From Spirochaetia bacterium (GTDB lineage: Bacteria > Spirochaetota > Spirochaetia > SP-2023): a DNA stretch of 64,000 nt. Of the stretch, positions 1 to 10,424 are shown in pieces. The notes under the pieces were generated by a model. The model worked only from the letters and a program-made list of their open reading frames with translations, had not been told where the DNA came from and did not search any database. The stretch's first letter is position 1, and every line of letters begins with the position of its first letter. Location: positions 896,001 to 960,000 of the forward strand of contig OZ253665.1 of assembly GCA_965263295.1 (NCBI GenBank). Direction: 5' to 3'. The position numbers and the translations under genes were made by a program.

Positions 1-2
1 GC

Positions 3-2192
3 TCATCTCTAAGTAGCAACCGGCGACTTGCCATATCCCTAGTCATCATCTCCCTGTCGCCCACACTGGCTTTTCTGCCGCGCCTTTGGCGCTGTAGGGC
101 CTTTCAGCTGCTGAACGGCATCCACACCGCAAAAAGCCACACGAAAGGCCCACGCAAAACGCCAGACAAGAAGCCACTCAAGCTGATGCCGGGAGGCGCG
201 ACAACGCAGTTGGCCGCAGCCAGCACAGCGGCCCTCTGTGGCCTGGGACTATTCAACAGCAGTGCCCTGCTCGCCTCCTCGCCGAGCGAAAGCCCCCAGG
301 CCATTGCCGTATTGCTGCGCTATATCTTCCCCGGCTTTGGCATTTGCGCCATCGTCCTAGTTCTGTTCATTTTTATCCCATCCTTTCTGCCGTATTCCAT
401 GCCGTATGCCGTTCTAAGGCGCCGCTGGCGCGGCCTGAATTTACAACTAGCCTATTTCGGCAGCGGCGCTCTATTGCTCGCCCTGTTTGACAACTTTGTC
501 ATGCGGCACAATTACGGCGTCATGACCAGCTGGGTCTTCGATCAGCCAGAACGACTGATCATTCCCTTTGGCACCATTTGGCTTTGCCTGGCTTCCCTGC
601 CCCTGCTCTACCTGCTGTGGCTCTTCCTACTCAGGCGTTTGCAAGTCCTGGTGCCGCTGTGCTGGATCCTGGCCGCCAGTCTGTGGCTCAGCTCCGCGCA
701 CTACGCTTATAACCTGCGACAATTTCAGCGCGATGCCCAAACTCTCCCAGCTTCCCAAGTTTCTCCGGCAGCCCAAACAGACGCGTCCCAAAACTCGCGC
801 CAGTTGCAAAGTGTCTTTTCGTACAGTAGCGATCAACCCAACGTAATTATTCTCATGCTGGATCGCTTCATCGGCCCCTATCTCGCCGACATTCTGCAGC
901 TGGACCCAGAACTTCGCGCAAGTTTGGACGGCTTTACCTGGTACAAAAATACACTGTCTCCCGGCCCCTACACGATTTCTGGCCTGACCGCCCTGCTCGG
1001 AGGCCACGAGTACAGCCCGGACGGCATTGCGCGGCTTGAGGGCAGCTTGAAGGAAAAGATCAACCAGGCCTATCTCCTCTTGCCGACATTGTTCCGGCAA
1101 AATGGCTTTGAGAGTACCGTCGCCGATCCCAGCTGGGCCAATTTTGACTGGAAGGGCGACCTGGAGCTTTTCCGCCGCAACGGCATTCGCGCCGAGCGCC
1201 TGAAAGGCCGCTACACCGGGCAGTGGCTGCGCCGCAGCCAAGAGTCCCGCGCCGCTTTAAGTGCCTCTCGCACCGAGCCCGCCGGCCAGACCAACCAAGA
1301 AACCCAAGAAACCCAGCTGGGGGGCGCCCAAGGCCAAGGGCCACAACCCAAATACGCGGCCATAATGCTGTTACAGGCCGTGTTTCGGGCGTTGCCCGCG
1401 CCGCTGGCGCCATTGATTTACGACAACGGCTCGTGGCTCGGCAATAACTTTGCGGCCGGCAATATGTTTCTCGACCTGGTCAATGCCTGGGCCGGCCTAG
1501 TGGAACTGCCGCAAATCAGCGACGCCCAGGCGACAAAGCCGCAGTTTGTGTTCATGACCAACGACACTCCCCACGAACCGATGCTCATGGGGTATCGCGC
1601 TGGCGATCCGCGCTTTCCCTTTCAGCCGATGCTGCAAACTGAGGTGCCCGGCCCGAGCAATAGCCCGCTGCCACCCGAACTGCTGCGCGAATTGCTGGGC
1701 CCCAACAATAGCGACTATTCGTTGCGCCACTTCTATGCGGATTGGGCAACTTTGAAGGAACTGCGCCACTACTTCAAATGGATGCGCCAAAACGGCGTCT
1801 ACGACAATAGCCTGATTATTCTTATCTCGGATCACGGCCGCGACGTGCGCCTGCCCAGCATGGACCTAGGCCCCAAGGAAAGCAACTACGCTTATTTCAT
1901 GCCCCTCTTGATGGTTAAATTGCCCCACGCGCAAGGCCCCGTGCAAAGCGACTTGAGTCCCCATAGTAGCGCCGATGTCCCCTACTTTGCCAGCCTGGTC
2001 TTGCCGCCGGAGCAACGCCGCAACCCGTTTACCGGCAAAGCACTAGAACAGCAAAATCCACAGGATCCGCGCCATGCCTATTACATCGACTCAAACCCCG
2101 CCAGCCAAAAAGCCGACCGCTTCAATAAAGAGCGCAGCTACCGCATCACGGGTCCACTCTGGGAGACCGCATCTTGGCAGGAAATACGTTAA
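3..2192 (+). CDS. Membrane protein with C-terminal alkaline-phosphatase-superfamily (LTA synthase/sulfatase-like) domain; 5' end outside the window
   Basis: Frame is open from base 3 to the ATG at 186. Several TM segments, then motifs NVIILMLD, GPYTISG (Thr nucleophile position), NDTPH and ISDHG. Clear paralogue of the C-terminal part of 54665-57916. Confidence 0.8.
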   Translation, partial: SSLSSNRRLAISLVIISLSPTLAFLPRLWRCRAFQLLNGIHTAKSHTKGPRKTPDKKPLKLMPGGATTQLAAASTAALCGLGLFNSSALLASSPSESPQAIAVLLRYIFPGFGICAIVLVLFIFIPSFLPYSMPYAVLRRRWRGLNLQLAYFGSGALLLALFDNFVMRHNYGVMTSWVFDQPERLIIPFGTIWLCLASLPLLYLLWLFLLRRLQVLVPLCWILAASLWLSSAHYAYNLRQFQRDAQTLPASQVSPAAQTDASQNSRQLQSVFSYSSDQPNVIILMLDRFIGPYLADILQLDPELRASLDGFTWYKNTLSPGPYTISGLTALLGGHEYSPDGIARLEGSLKEKINQAYLLLPTLFRQNGFESTVADPSWANFDWKGDLELFRRNGIRAERLKGRYTGQWLRRSQESRAALSASRTEPAGQTNQETQETQLGGAQGQGPQPKYAAIMLLQAVFRALPAPLAPLIYDNGSWLGNNFAAGNMFLDLVNAWAGLVELPQISDAQATKPQFVFMTNDTPHEPMLMGYRAGDPRFPFQPMLQTEVPGPSNSPLPPELLRELLGPNNSDYSLRHFYADWATLKELRHYFKWMRQNGVYDNSLIILISDHGRDVRLPSMDLGPKESNYAYFMPLLMVKLPHAQGPVQSDLSPHSSADVPYFASLVLPPEQRRNPFTGKALEQQNPQDPRHAYYIDSNPASQKADRFNKERSYRITGPLWETASWQEIR

Positions 2193-2304
2193 TCCAGAAC
2201 TTCTGACCTTCGCGCCCCATTTTCTTCTTTCCCCTGGCACCCGCAGCTCCCGTCGTCCTTCGGCCCCTTTTTTAACCTTTTCCTACCCCCCACAGCTCCC
2301 CAGC

Positions 2305-2363
2305 CTAAATTTTGTGCCTTTTCGCCACCTTTCGTGTACTTTCGTGGTTCCCTTTAAGAGTCC
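2305..2363 (+). repeat. TTTCG-box dispersed element, left arm
   Basis: CTAAATTTTGTGCCTTTTCGCCACCTTTCGTGTACTTTCGTGGTTCCCTTTAA is near-identical to 35320-35364 and 37232-37276. Confidence 0.9.
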
Positions 2364-2427
2364 TCACCGCCAAAGATGTATTGCCATACGATATTAATCT
2401 GACTAAGATAGCGTCATTGGAGGACAC

Positions 2428-3057
2428 ATGGATACCCTGGATGAAGTGAGGGAAATCCTCAAAAAGATCGGCATTTCTCAGGCTAAAACCGATGCACAAC
2501 TTGCTAAATCCCAAGCGGAAAACGATAAACAGATGGCGGTTCTACGCGAAGGTCTGGCCGAATTGCGCAGGTCGCAAGAAAAAACCGATGCGCAGATGGC
2601 GAAAACCGATGCGCGGCTGGAAAAAGTGGCCAAAATATTAGGCAATATTGGCATCAGCAACGGTGATTTTGCCGAGGAACTGTTTTTCAACAGTCTCTAC
2701 GCAAATCCGTTTCTCGGTGGGCTGCGCTATGAGAGCGTGGAGCGCAATGTGTCCAACCGCCGTAGGCATCGCGACCAGGGGGAATACGACATCGTGATGT
2801 GCAATGGCGATACCGTGGCCCTGATTGAGGTGAAGTACAAGGCACACAGCAACGACATTGCTAAGCTGCTCAAAAACGAGCCACAAAGTTTTCGTAAGAC
2901 TTTCACCGAATACCGGGACTACAAATTTTACCTGGGGCTAGCGTCCACGGTGACTTACGACAAGCTGATTACAGAGGCACGGGAAGCGGGTATTTTTCTC
3001 TTGACCCAGAGAGGCCAGCACATTGAAGTCGTGAATGAGGAAGTGCACAGCTTCTGA
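2428..3057 (+). CDS. Coiled-coil plus PD-(D/E)XK nuclease-fold protein (DUF3782-like)
   Basis: N-terminal repeats (AKTDAQLAK, EKTDAQMAKTDAR), G.FAEE motif, EYDIV...ALIEVK catalytic signature; GGAGG RBS. Confidence 0.75.
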   Translation: MDTLDEVREILKKIGISQAKTDAQLAKSQAENDKQMAVLREGLAELRRSQEKTDAQMAKTDARLEKVAKILGNIGISNGDFAEELFFNSLYANPFLGGLRYESVERNVSNRRRHRDQGEYDIVMCNGDTVALIEVKYKAHSNDIAKLLKNEPQSFRKTFTEYRDYKFYLGLASTVTYDKLITEAREAGIFLLTQRGQHIEVVNEEVHSF

Positions 3058-3094
3058 TCACGGCCCCCCTAACAGTCCCTGGCCGAGTAATCAT

Positions 3095-3574
3095 CTAATT
3101 ATTTTCCAAAAAATCCTTTAGTTCACTTAAAAACTTAATTAAGCAGTATGTTTCAAACCATGCAATACGTTCAAAATTGAGTGTAAAGGTTGAGAAACCA
3201 TTCTCTTTTAAAGCCCCAATACTTAAAATTAAACTCTTTTTATTTAAAATATTAACGTTCGGAAAAACGCTTGTAAGAATTGTGTTAGAAAAATTGTTTA
3301 TTCCCAATTCCCACTTAATAAATGGTTTCTCAGGTAAATTTTGAAAATGGTCTTTGCGTGCTTGCCGGAATTGTTCTTTGGATAAAATATGTAATTTGTC
3401 TGGAGTGGAAACGTCAATCCCTAAGGGCATATTTTTAGAAAATTCATTCCCTTCACAAAAATCAATAATTTTGTTTGTTAGATTTTTAGTGTCCTTTAAT
3501 TTAATCTCAGTTTCAAAGAACGAAAATATCCTGTTTGAATTAATCGTTTTAAACACCCATTTCCCTATACTCAT
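3095..3574 (-). CDS. Hypothetical protein in very AT-rich segment
   Basis: 159-aa ORF with ATG and AAGGA RBS upstream; composition far more AT-rich than neighbours. Confidence 0.6.
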   Translation of the reverse strand: MSIGKWVFKTINSNRIFSFFETEIKLKDTKNLTNKIIDFCEGNEFSKNMPLGIDVSTPDKLHILSKEQFRQARKDHFQNLPEKPFIKWELGINNFSNTILTSVFPNVNILNKKSLILSIGALKENGFSTFTLNFERIAWFETYCLIKFLSELKDFLENN

Positions 3575-3843
3575 TATTTATATTCCTTTCTCGTTATATA
3601 TGGAGTATTGTTTGATAATTTTTATAATATATTTTTTTTATTTATTTGCAAAGTCTATGAATAATTTTTTAATCTATTTGATGATTATGAATATCATATA
3701 TAGATAATATTTATCTTCTATTACTAAAATTATTAGACTATCATATTGGCCATAAACAACAATATTTTTTATTTTAAAGTTTTATTTATTGTATATATTA
3801 GTTTAAATCTATTTATAAATACTATAAGAAACAAAAAATATCT

Positions 3844-3933
3844 TAAAATGCCGCGTCCACCGCCTGAACGCCATCCGTCATGTCTCCCATGGCCCCTTGT
3901 CTATATTTCGTGGATTTCATAGCTTTTGTGGTT
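3844..3933 (+). repeat. Degenerate right part of the TTTCG-box element
   Basis: 3844-3872 matches 35223-35251 at 22/29 (all differences are transitions); 3901-3933 is a degenerate core (CTATATTTCGTGGATTTCATAGCTTTTGTGGTT). Confidence 0.7.
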
Positions 3934-3995
3934 GCCCGCGCTTACGTCACGCAGTTGGCAAAGAGTTTGGCAATGAGAGGGCATCGCCAGGATTA

Positions 3996-4763
3996 TTACT
4001 TCAATACAGTCGGCCGTTCGTAGACCAGTCGGCGCACAATCTGTGCGGCATTGGCTGCCGCCAAAGGCAAATATTGCTGGAAGTCAATTTTCCCGTCCGG
4101 GCGCAGAGGAAAGTCGGAAATGGAACGCACAATCAGGCACGGGCAGCCATAAATAAATGCGATGTGGGCAATTGCCGCAGCCTCCATATCCACCGCTTTG
4201 GCCTGCGGAAAGTGTTGGCGAATTGTCGCCAACTGCCGGCTGCCGTGCCCGACAAAAGAGTCACCGCTGACAATTTGCCCGGTTGTGGCCCGGTTCTTGG
4301 TTTGAGTTTGGCCGGCAAAGTATTCGCCGGCCACTTTCTCGGCCAACTGGCGCAGCTGCAAGCTCGTGGGATAATGTTCGGGGCAGCCCGGCAGCTGGCC
4401 ATAACCGTAACCAAAGGTACGAACATCGACATCACAGTAGGCCAAAGTGTCCGCAATGACAACGTCACCGTGACGGCCATCACCCATCAGGCCACCCGCC
4501 ACGCCGATATTGACAATGTAGTCCACATCGTGACGCTGCAAAAGCAAACCCGTGTGCAGTGCCGCCTGGGCCTTGCCCACTCCAGATTGCAACGCGACAA
4601 CTTCGACCGGCCCTTTTTCGCTATCCATCTGGCCATAATGCCATTCGAGCACCGGCACGGCGATGTGATAGCGACTGCGTTCACTCACCATTTTGTAGTC
4701 CTGCAGCCATTTGATCAGCGCCTGTAACTCTTCCGGCATTGCGGCAATTACACCTATTTTCAT
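3996..4763 (-). CDS. mtnN: 5'-methylthioadenosine/S-adenosylhomocysteine nucleosidase
   Basis: MKIGVIAAMPEE, SGVGK, NIGVAGG, GDSFV, VDMEAAAIA, RSISD motifs. Confidence 0.95.
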   Translation of the reverse strand: MKIGVIAAMPEELQALIKWLQDYKMVSERSRYHIAVPVLEWHYGQMDSEKGPVEVVALQSGVGKAQAALHTGLLLQRHDVDYIVNIGVAGGLMGDGRHGDVVIADTLAYCDVDVRTFGYGYGQLPGCPEHYPTSLQLRQLAEKVAGEYFAGQTQTKNRATTGQIVSGDSFVGHGSRQLATIRQHFPQAKAVDMEAAAIAHIAFIYGCPCLIVRSISDFPLRPDGKIDFQQYLPLAAANAAQIVRRLVYERPTVLK

Positions 4764-4928
4764 AGCGTATTCCTCGTGTGTGTGATGTGGTATAAATTAG
4801 GTTCGGAAATTTTAAAAATTTAGCTTAGCAAAAATATACGGCCAATAAAAGGGCAAAGTTAGGGCAAAAATTTCTTGCGATGTTTGCTTGATCTGCAAAA
4901 TGTCTGAGATTATCATTTTGTACAAGGT

Positions 4929-5729
4929 ATGTTTATGGCAAAAATTTTACGCAGCTGCGAGACCACAGCGGCATGCTGGCTACTTTTCACGCTGGCGCCT
5001 CTGTTCTCCTGTTCGCCAGTAAGCACGGACAAGCTTCTCGTATTTGACGGACAAGGGCCAATCCCTCGCAGCTGGCTCGGCGAGTACATTCTTGTGCCCG
5101 GCCCTGAAGATGTTGATGATGATTTTACAGGGGACATCGTCTTGTCGCTGGACTCCGTCTTGTCATTGGGCTCCAAGGATGAGGCCGACGGCTTGGGCGA
5201 TTTGCATGACGCGACGGGCATGCATGCCATGCGCTTGTCGGCTTATGGGGAAATATCAAAACAAAAATCTGTAGACGGCCAAACTGCGGCGGATAAAAGA
5301 ACTCTGGATGGCGAAACCTTTGCCAGTGGCCTGTTCGTGTCGTCGCGGGTGCCCGCAAGCGAACTGTATGTGCTCGCGTTCCCTGAGTTGTTATATTCGG
5401 ACCTGGAAGCAGCAAACCTAGACCCTGAATATACCGCTGAAAAGTTGGAGCGAGCCTTCTTCATTGTCCGCCGAATTGTCGGCAAAGCCGACTCCCGGCT
5501 GTATGTCTTCATCGGACTGCCCGCTCCGTATCGCCAGCAAGATTTCTGGAAACAGAATTCCCTCGTCGACGCGGACGGAGACCTCGTGGCCGCCAAGTTC
5601 AAAGATTTCCTGCAAAATCACGTCGGCATATTTGAACTGGACGAAGCTGAACTAGTTTTTGTGCAAAAGCCAGAAGAAGCTGCTGCGGCAGCCGAACCAG
5701 ATTCACAAGAAGCCGCAGCGACAGACTGA
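4929..5729 (+). CDS. Hypothetical lipoprotein
   Basis: Signal peptide ending LFSC (spirochaetal lipobox); acidic mature domain. Confidence 0.65.
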   Translation: MFMAKILRSCETTAACWLLFTLAPLFSCSPVSTDKLLVFDGQGPIPRSWLGEYILVPGPEDVDDDFTGDIVLSLDSVLSLGSKDEADGLGDLHDATGMHAMRLSAYGEISKQKSVDGQTAADKRTLDGETFASGLFVSSRVPASELYVLAFPELLYSDLEAANLDPEYTAEKLERAFFIVRRIVGKADSRLYVFIGLPAPYRQQDFWKQNSLVDADGDLVAAKFKDFLQNHVGIFELDEAELVFVQKPEEAAAAAEPDSQEAAATD

Positions 5730-5814
5730 AAGCTGTTCCCAGCAGAAAGGCGGGCCCAGAGACAGACTTGCGATGGGCCGCCCGCCCCCCAAAAAAAACC
5801 ATTGCCAAATGCTA

Positions 5815-8490
5815 TTATTCCGGGCCGTCGCTCAGTACGCGATTCAGCTGAGTCACCGCGCTGCGACTGTAGCCACACGAGCAGAAGACAATTTCGCATC
5901 CTTGAAATTCTTCTTGACTTTTTCCTTTGTGGCGGGCAAGAAAAAATTTCGGGAAGCTCGCGGTGCCCCAGTTCGTATATTCTGCGAGCTGTGCTTCGAC
6001 ATGACGCAGCTCGTCTGGCGGCAAAAAGGCAAAATTCTTCAGGCCGGGGAATTGCTGCAGATAAACGGGCAAACTTGCCTGCAGTTCGGCGGAAAAGAAT
6101 AATTGCAAGTGCTCGCAGCCGAACGGCAGCTGCTCCAGGTCGTGCAATACATGATAAAAAGGCTCATCCGTATTTTCTGTCGCGATGTATACGGAAAAAC
6201 GGCATGTGGATTTCCTGAAACTGTGCAATTTCTGTGTGTCCAGCTGCACAAGTAGCGCCGGCTCTTCTGCCCAATTATTTATCTCGGCGAGTTCAAGTGT
6301 CTTCTGTTCGCCGTCTCCGAGAGAAAAGTGGTGGATCTGGGCCGCGACATTTCCGTCTGCGGCGCGCAAGCCGTAGCACAAGCGGTAAAATCCCCGCGGC
6401 AGGAACCCCGACAAAATTGTGGCCAAGTCGGGACCTTCACCGTGGATACTGCTCGCGGCGTTGATGCCGCCGGCATACAAGGTTTTGAACTCCAGCTCAT
6501 TTTCTTTTCTCCATCCCAGAGATATTTGCGTCGCCGCAGGCAGAGCATCAAGGTTGCCGAGCTGCAGCCCGGCGTCGTCTTCGCGCCCGGTGCCGGCAGA
6601 GACTTCGCGCCGCCATACTCCAGCTTCAAACCATTCCACCCATTCCACGGCGAGCAAGGCTTGATTCAAGCGGGCGGGATGACCAAAAATGCGCAGCAAG
6701 GCGACCGCCAGCACTTTGCGGCTCAGCTCATCCGCCCTTCTGGTGGCAAAGCTGTGCAAAGGAGGCTGGACGCCGCGATAGTGGAAAAAACCGTGATCCG
6801 GCTCGCGCACAATATTGTGTTGTAACCAGCTGAATATCTCGTCCGGGCTCATTTGAGACTTGGCCGTCGCGCGCGTAATCTGTGTGTAAATATTGCGGCG
6901 ATGTGCCTGCAGGATTTCAAAATCGACCTTGGGCGCCAGGATGTATTCGCGCCATATATGGGGGCGATTTTGTTCCACATAAATATTTTTATATGGCAGT
7001 GCAGAATCGAGAAAGTCCTCTAGGTCAAAACAACGGACAAACGCGCGATCCTTGCAGGGTATCGTGGCCAGCAAACACCACAAATCCAGGCCGTAACGCG
7101 GGAAGAGCTGTTCAAAGGCCCCGTGCAACTCGCGCGCGCCACAGCCGGCGGAGCGCAAATACTCTCGCAATTCCACTTCTATTTTTTGCAGTGACGGGAA
7201 GGCGGCGAGAATTTTGCCGGCGTAAACTTCTGTCTGAAAACCGCGCAATCGGGCTTGATAGGCTAGGTCGCCGGCAGCAATTTGCGCCTGAAAATGCCGC
7301 TTTTTTCCCTCGCCAGTCCGCTCAAGATCGCCCTGTGCGCTAGGTGGCGCAGGGCTTTGCGGCTTATAGCTAAACGCGAGCTGCCGCGGTATCGCGTGTT
7401 CTTGCAAGTGGCAGGGCAACAACTGCAGCCCATGGGCATTTATTTCGCCGCCCGACGCGACAATCCGCCAGTAAGCGTGGACTTTGCCGCTCGCCGGATC
7501 GCGCCACTGAACTTCCAGCAGCACATCGCCCCGGCCCAGGGCAAATACTGCGCTAAAGCCGTCCGCAAGGGTGACAAAGCGATGCACGACAAAAAACTCG
7601 CCGCTATTGAACACAGAAATCTGTGCCTGGGCGCCACTGACGGGGCGACCGTTGCAGATACTTTGGATCTGAAAATTTATGCAGGGAATGTAGCGGGGCG
7701 TAACGTTAATTACGCTACAATTGCGCCCGCGCGCGAAGACAGGTTCCAGCTGGTAGTGGGCGTCACTGCTGCGAGTCTGTATCGCGATGGCTCGCTGCAG
7801 GCTCTCTACAAACCAGCCCCTGTCCAGCTCTGGCTCTGGCTCGCAGGCTCCCAGAAAGCGCCAGCGATCGCCGATGTATACTTCGACCCAGGCGTGATTT
7901 GACTCCGTGTGGGACCAGCGCGGCACATAGCACTGCCGCGCGGGTATGCCGACGGAGCGCAGCAGGGCCGTCAGCAAGGTCGATTGTTCGCCGCAGCGAC
8001 CGCAAGCGCGCCTCAGCAGACTTGCGGGTCCCAGGGTTCTGATGTCGGTCGCCGTATACCGCACCCGTTCGTAGCAATAGAGGTTCACCTGTAAAACGGC
8101 CTCTTCTACAGTCAGGCCGGCGACTCGCGGCCATATGCGCGCAAACAACGCAGAACGCTCGCAGTCGATTTCTTCGTTATTTACGCGGAAAGGCAGGATG
8201 AAGTTGCGATAGATCTCTTCATTGAGGCCAGCGCCCCACGGAACCATGGCCATAATCTGCCGACTGGTCATCACGTGCTGCCGCAGCCAGCGGCCATCCA
8301 CATGGGCCAAGTCAGCGGGCAACATGACCGAAAGCAGATAGATCATGTCGCCGCGCTGTCGTTCATCCAGCGTCGCATCTGCGAGCACCGGCAAGAAATT
8401 TTTTTTCACGGCGCCAATTTTTTGCCATAAATTCTGCTTTTCCGACTCATTTAAATCTGAAAAATAGACAGAATCCAGACTGTAGTCCAT
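5815..8490 (-). CDS. Transglutaminase-like (PNGase-like) domain protein
   Basis: GRCGEQ...LRSVGIPAR...NHAWVEV core; second degenerate transglutaminase repeat (LLRIFGHPARL) without catalytic Cys; no signal peptide seen. Confidence 0.85.
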   Translation of the reverse strand: MDYSLDSVYFSDLNESEKQNLWQKIGAVKKNFLPVLADATLDERQRGDMIYLLSVMLPADLAHVDGRWLRQHVMTSRQIMAMVPWGAGLNEEIYRNFILPFRVNNEEIDCERSALFARIWPRVAGLTVEEAVLQVNLYCYERVRYTATDIRTLGPASLLRRACGRCGEQSTLLTALLRSVGIPARQCYVPRWSHTESNHAWVEVYIGDRWRFLGACEPEPELDRGWFVESLQRAIAIQTRSSDAHYQLEPVFARGRNCSVINVTPRYIPCINFQIQSICNGRPVSGAQAQISVFNSGEFFVVHRFVTLADGFSAVFALGRGDVLLEVQWRDPASGKVHAYWRIVASGGEINAHGLQLLPCHLQEHAIPRQLAFSYKPQSPAPPSAQGDLERTGEGKKRHFQAQIAAGDLAYQARLRGFQTEVYAGKILAAFPSLQKIEVELREYLRSAGCGARELHGAFEQLFPRYGLDLWCLLATIPCKDRAFVRCFDLEDFLDSALPYKNIYVEQNRPHIWREYILAPKVDFEILQAHRRNIYTQITRATAKSQMSPDEIFSWLQHNIVREPDHGFFHYRGVQPPLHSFATRRADELSRKVLAVALLRIFGHPARLNQALLAVEWVEWFEAGVWRREVSAGTGREDDAGLQLGNLDALPAATQISLGWRKENELEFKTLYAGGINAASSIHGEGPDLATILSGFLPRGFYRLCYGLRAADGNVAAQIHHFSLGDGEQKTLELAEINNWAEEPALLVQLDTQKLHSFRKSTCRFSVYIATENTDEPFYHVLHDLEQLPFGCEHLQLFFSAELQASLPVYLQQFPGLKNFAFLPPDELRHVEAQLAEYTNWGTASFPKFFLARHKGKSQEEFQGCEIVFCSCGYSRSAVTQLNRVLSDGPE

Positions 8491-8642
8491 AGATTATCCT
8501 CTCAGTCAATATTCCCCTCAATCAATATTCTCCCCGGCACGAAATTTAGTCGACAAACACTCACAATCAAAAAGTCTGCCAAAAATTTTACATTATAAAA
8601 ACAGCTGTCAACAAATACCAGTTTTTTCTACATAAAAACTAA

Positions 8643-8671
8643 TTGATTCATCTCAGCCACTGTCGTATAAT
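8643..8671 (+). promoter_or_regulatory. Sigma70-type promoter of the carbohydrate ABC operon
   Basis: TTGATT-17 bp-TATAAT, 40 bp upstream of ATG 8712. Confidence 0.65.
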
Positions 8672-8711
8672 TGCGCGCAATTAAATTCCTGTATTTAAAA
8701 AGGAAAACCTT

Positions 8712-10410
8712 ATGAAATCCCAGCAATTTATTATCCTAGCTGTATTTGCAGCTACAATATTATATTTTTCGTGTGGCGGCGGTTCGAACCCCAAACGCAC
8801 TGAACTTGAGATCCGCGACGGCAAGCCGGTACTGACAATGTACTCAAACTCCAGCACGCCCAACCCCCTGACGCCGTCTGATATCGACATGGAGCTTGAA
8901 GAGCTGACCGGCTACAAAGTCGACAAGACATTTTTAGTCGCCGACCAGGCGACGAGCAGCGGGGTCTTGTTGGCGTCCGGAGAATACGCCGACCTGCTGA
9001 ACATGCGCGAGGATACGCAAAAATTTATTGATGCGGGCGTCTTCATTCCTTTGGAGAAATTAATCCGGGAAAACGCACCGCGCATCTATGAACTTTACCA
9101 GCCTTATTGGGAACAGATTAAAAGTTTGGATGGCCACATCTACGTCATTCCGGAGATTTATCCCCTCAATAGCGACATGAATGTCATTCTAGGGACTTCG
9201 GGGATAGGAGTCGGCATGTATATCCAAAAGGCCGTCCTAGAGTGGGCAGGGTATCCACTGATTACGACCCTCGCGGAGTACTTTGACTTGCTCAAACGAT
9301 ATCGCGATGCATTCCCCGAAATTGATGGGCAAGCAACTATCGCATTCTCGTTTCCGGCCGAAGGCTGGCGTTTTAACTACATGATCTACTCGGCATCCTA
9401 TCTGAGTGGCTATCCCAACGAGAGCGGACCTTTGATTGATTGCATGCGAGATGGAAATATCGACTACGAGAGCAATCCGTGTGTGGGCAAATGGGTCCCG
9501 CGCGACCCGTTCTCGGGGCAAGAATTCCACGACACCTTGCAAATTTACAACCGGGCCTATCTCGACGGCTTGATGGTCAAAGAGACTATCGTGCAGACAC
9601 ACGATCAATACAACGAAAAAAATAGCTTCTGGTCGGGTCCTGGGTGTTTTCGATCAGGAGTGGGAATTTTTAGGGGCCCAGGATGTCCTGCGCCTCGAAA
9701 TGCCCGACAGGGTGCTTTACAACGTTCCGGTGGTGCTGAAGGAAGGAATTCGAATATTTAACGCTCAAGAGATGCCAAACTACGAAAAGGGCTGGGGCAT
9801 CAGTGTAAAGGCTCCGGACCCCGTGGCGGCCATAAAATTTCTCGATGCCAATCTCAGCAAGGAAGCCATTGTGCTGACAAATTGGGGCATAAAAGACAAG
9901 GATTACCTGGTCGGCGCAGACGGAATGTATTACCGGACTGAAAAAATGCGCGCCCAGGCCCACGACAGAAGATACCGGGCAACACACTGGGGAGATTCCT
10001 TGATTTGGGTCGTGCACGGTGTATTTAGCGATGGCAATTCCGTCATCCCCGACAGCCAGCCAGCAGAATATTTTGCGCAATTAAGTGAGGCAGAGAAGGA
10101 ACTTGCAGGAGCCTACAATGTCAAGTCCATGGGCGAACTCTTCCCCCCTCTGAGCAATCGCCGCATAAAATTCAGCCCTTTATGGACTTTCACCTTTGAT
10201 AAAACTAAGGACAGAGACTACCTCAAGGTAGAAGAGAGACGCGCCGAAATTACCCGACAGTATTTTGCCAAATTAGTTTTTGCTGAAGAAGGACTGTTTG
10301 AAGCGATCTGGCACGAATACAACGAACAGATGGCCTCTATTCCCAACGCGGATATCTGGCTGGAAACCTGGCAGAATAGATTAGCTGATAGAATTGCCTC
10401 CTGGGACTGA
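8712..10410 (+). pseudogene. Carbohydrate ABC substrate-binding lipoprotein (LplA-like), frameshifted
   Basis: YFSC lipobox. ORFs 8712-9761 and 9700-10410 join if one A is removed from the A7 run at 9616-9622, restoring YNEKIASGRVLGVFDQEW. Confidence 0.85.
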
Positions 10411-10424
10411 GAAGAAACATAAAA

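Noticed and set aside
3897..4727. 276-aa ORF on the + strand
   Set aside because: Antisense to the well-supported mtnN gene.
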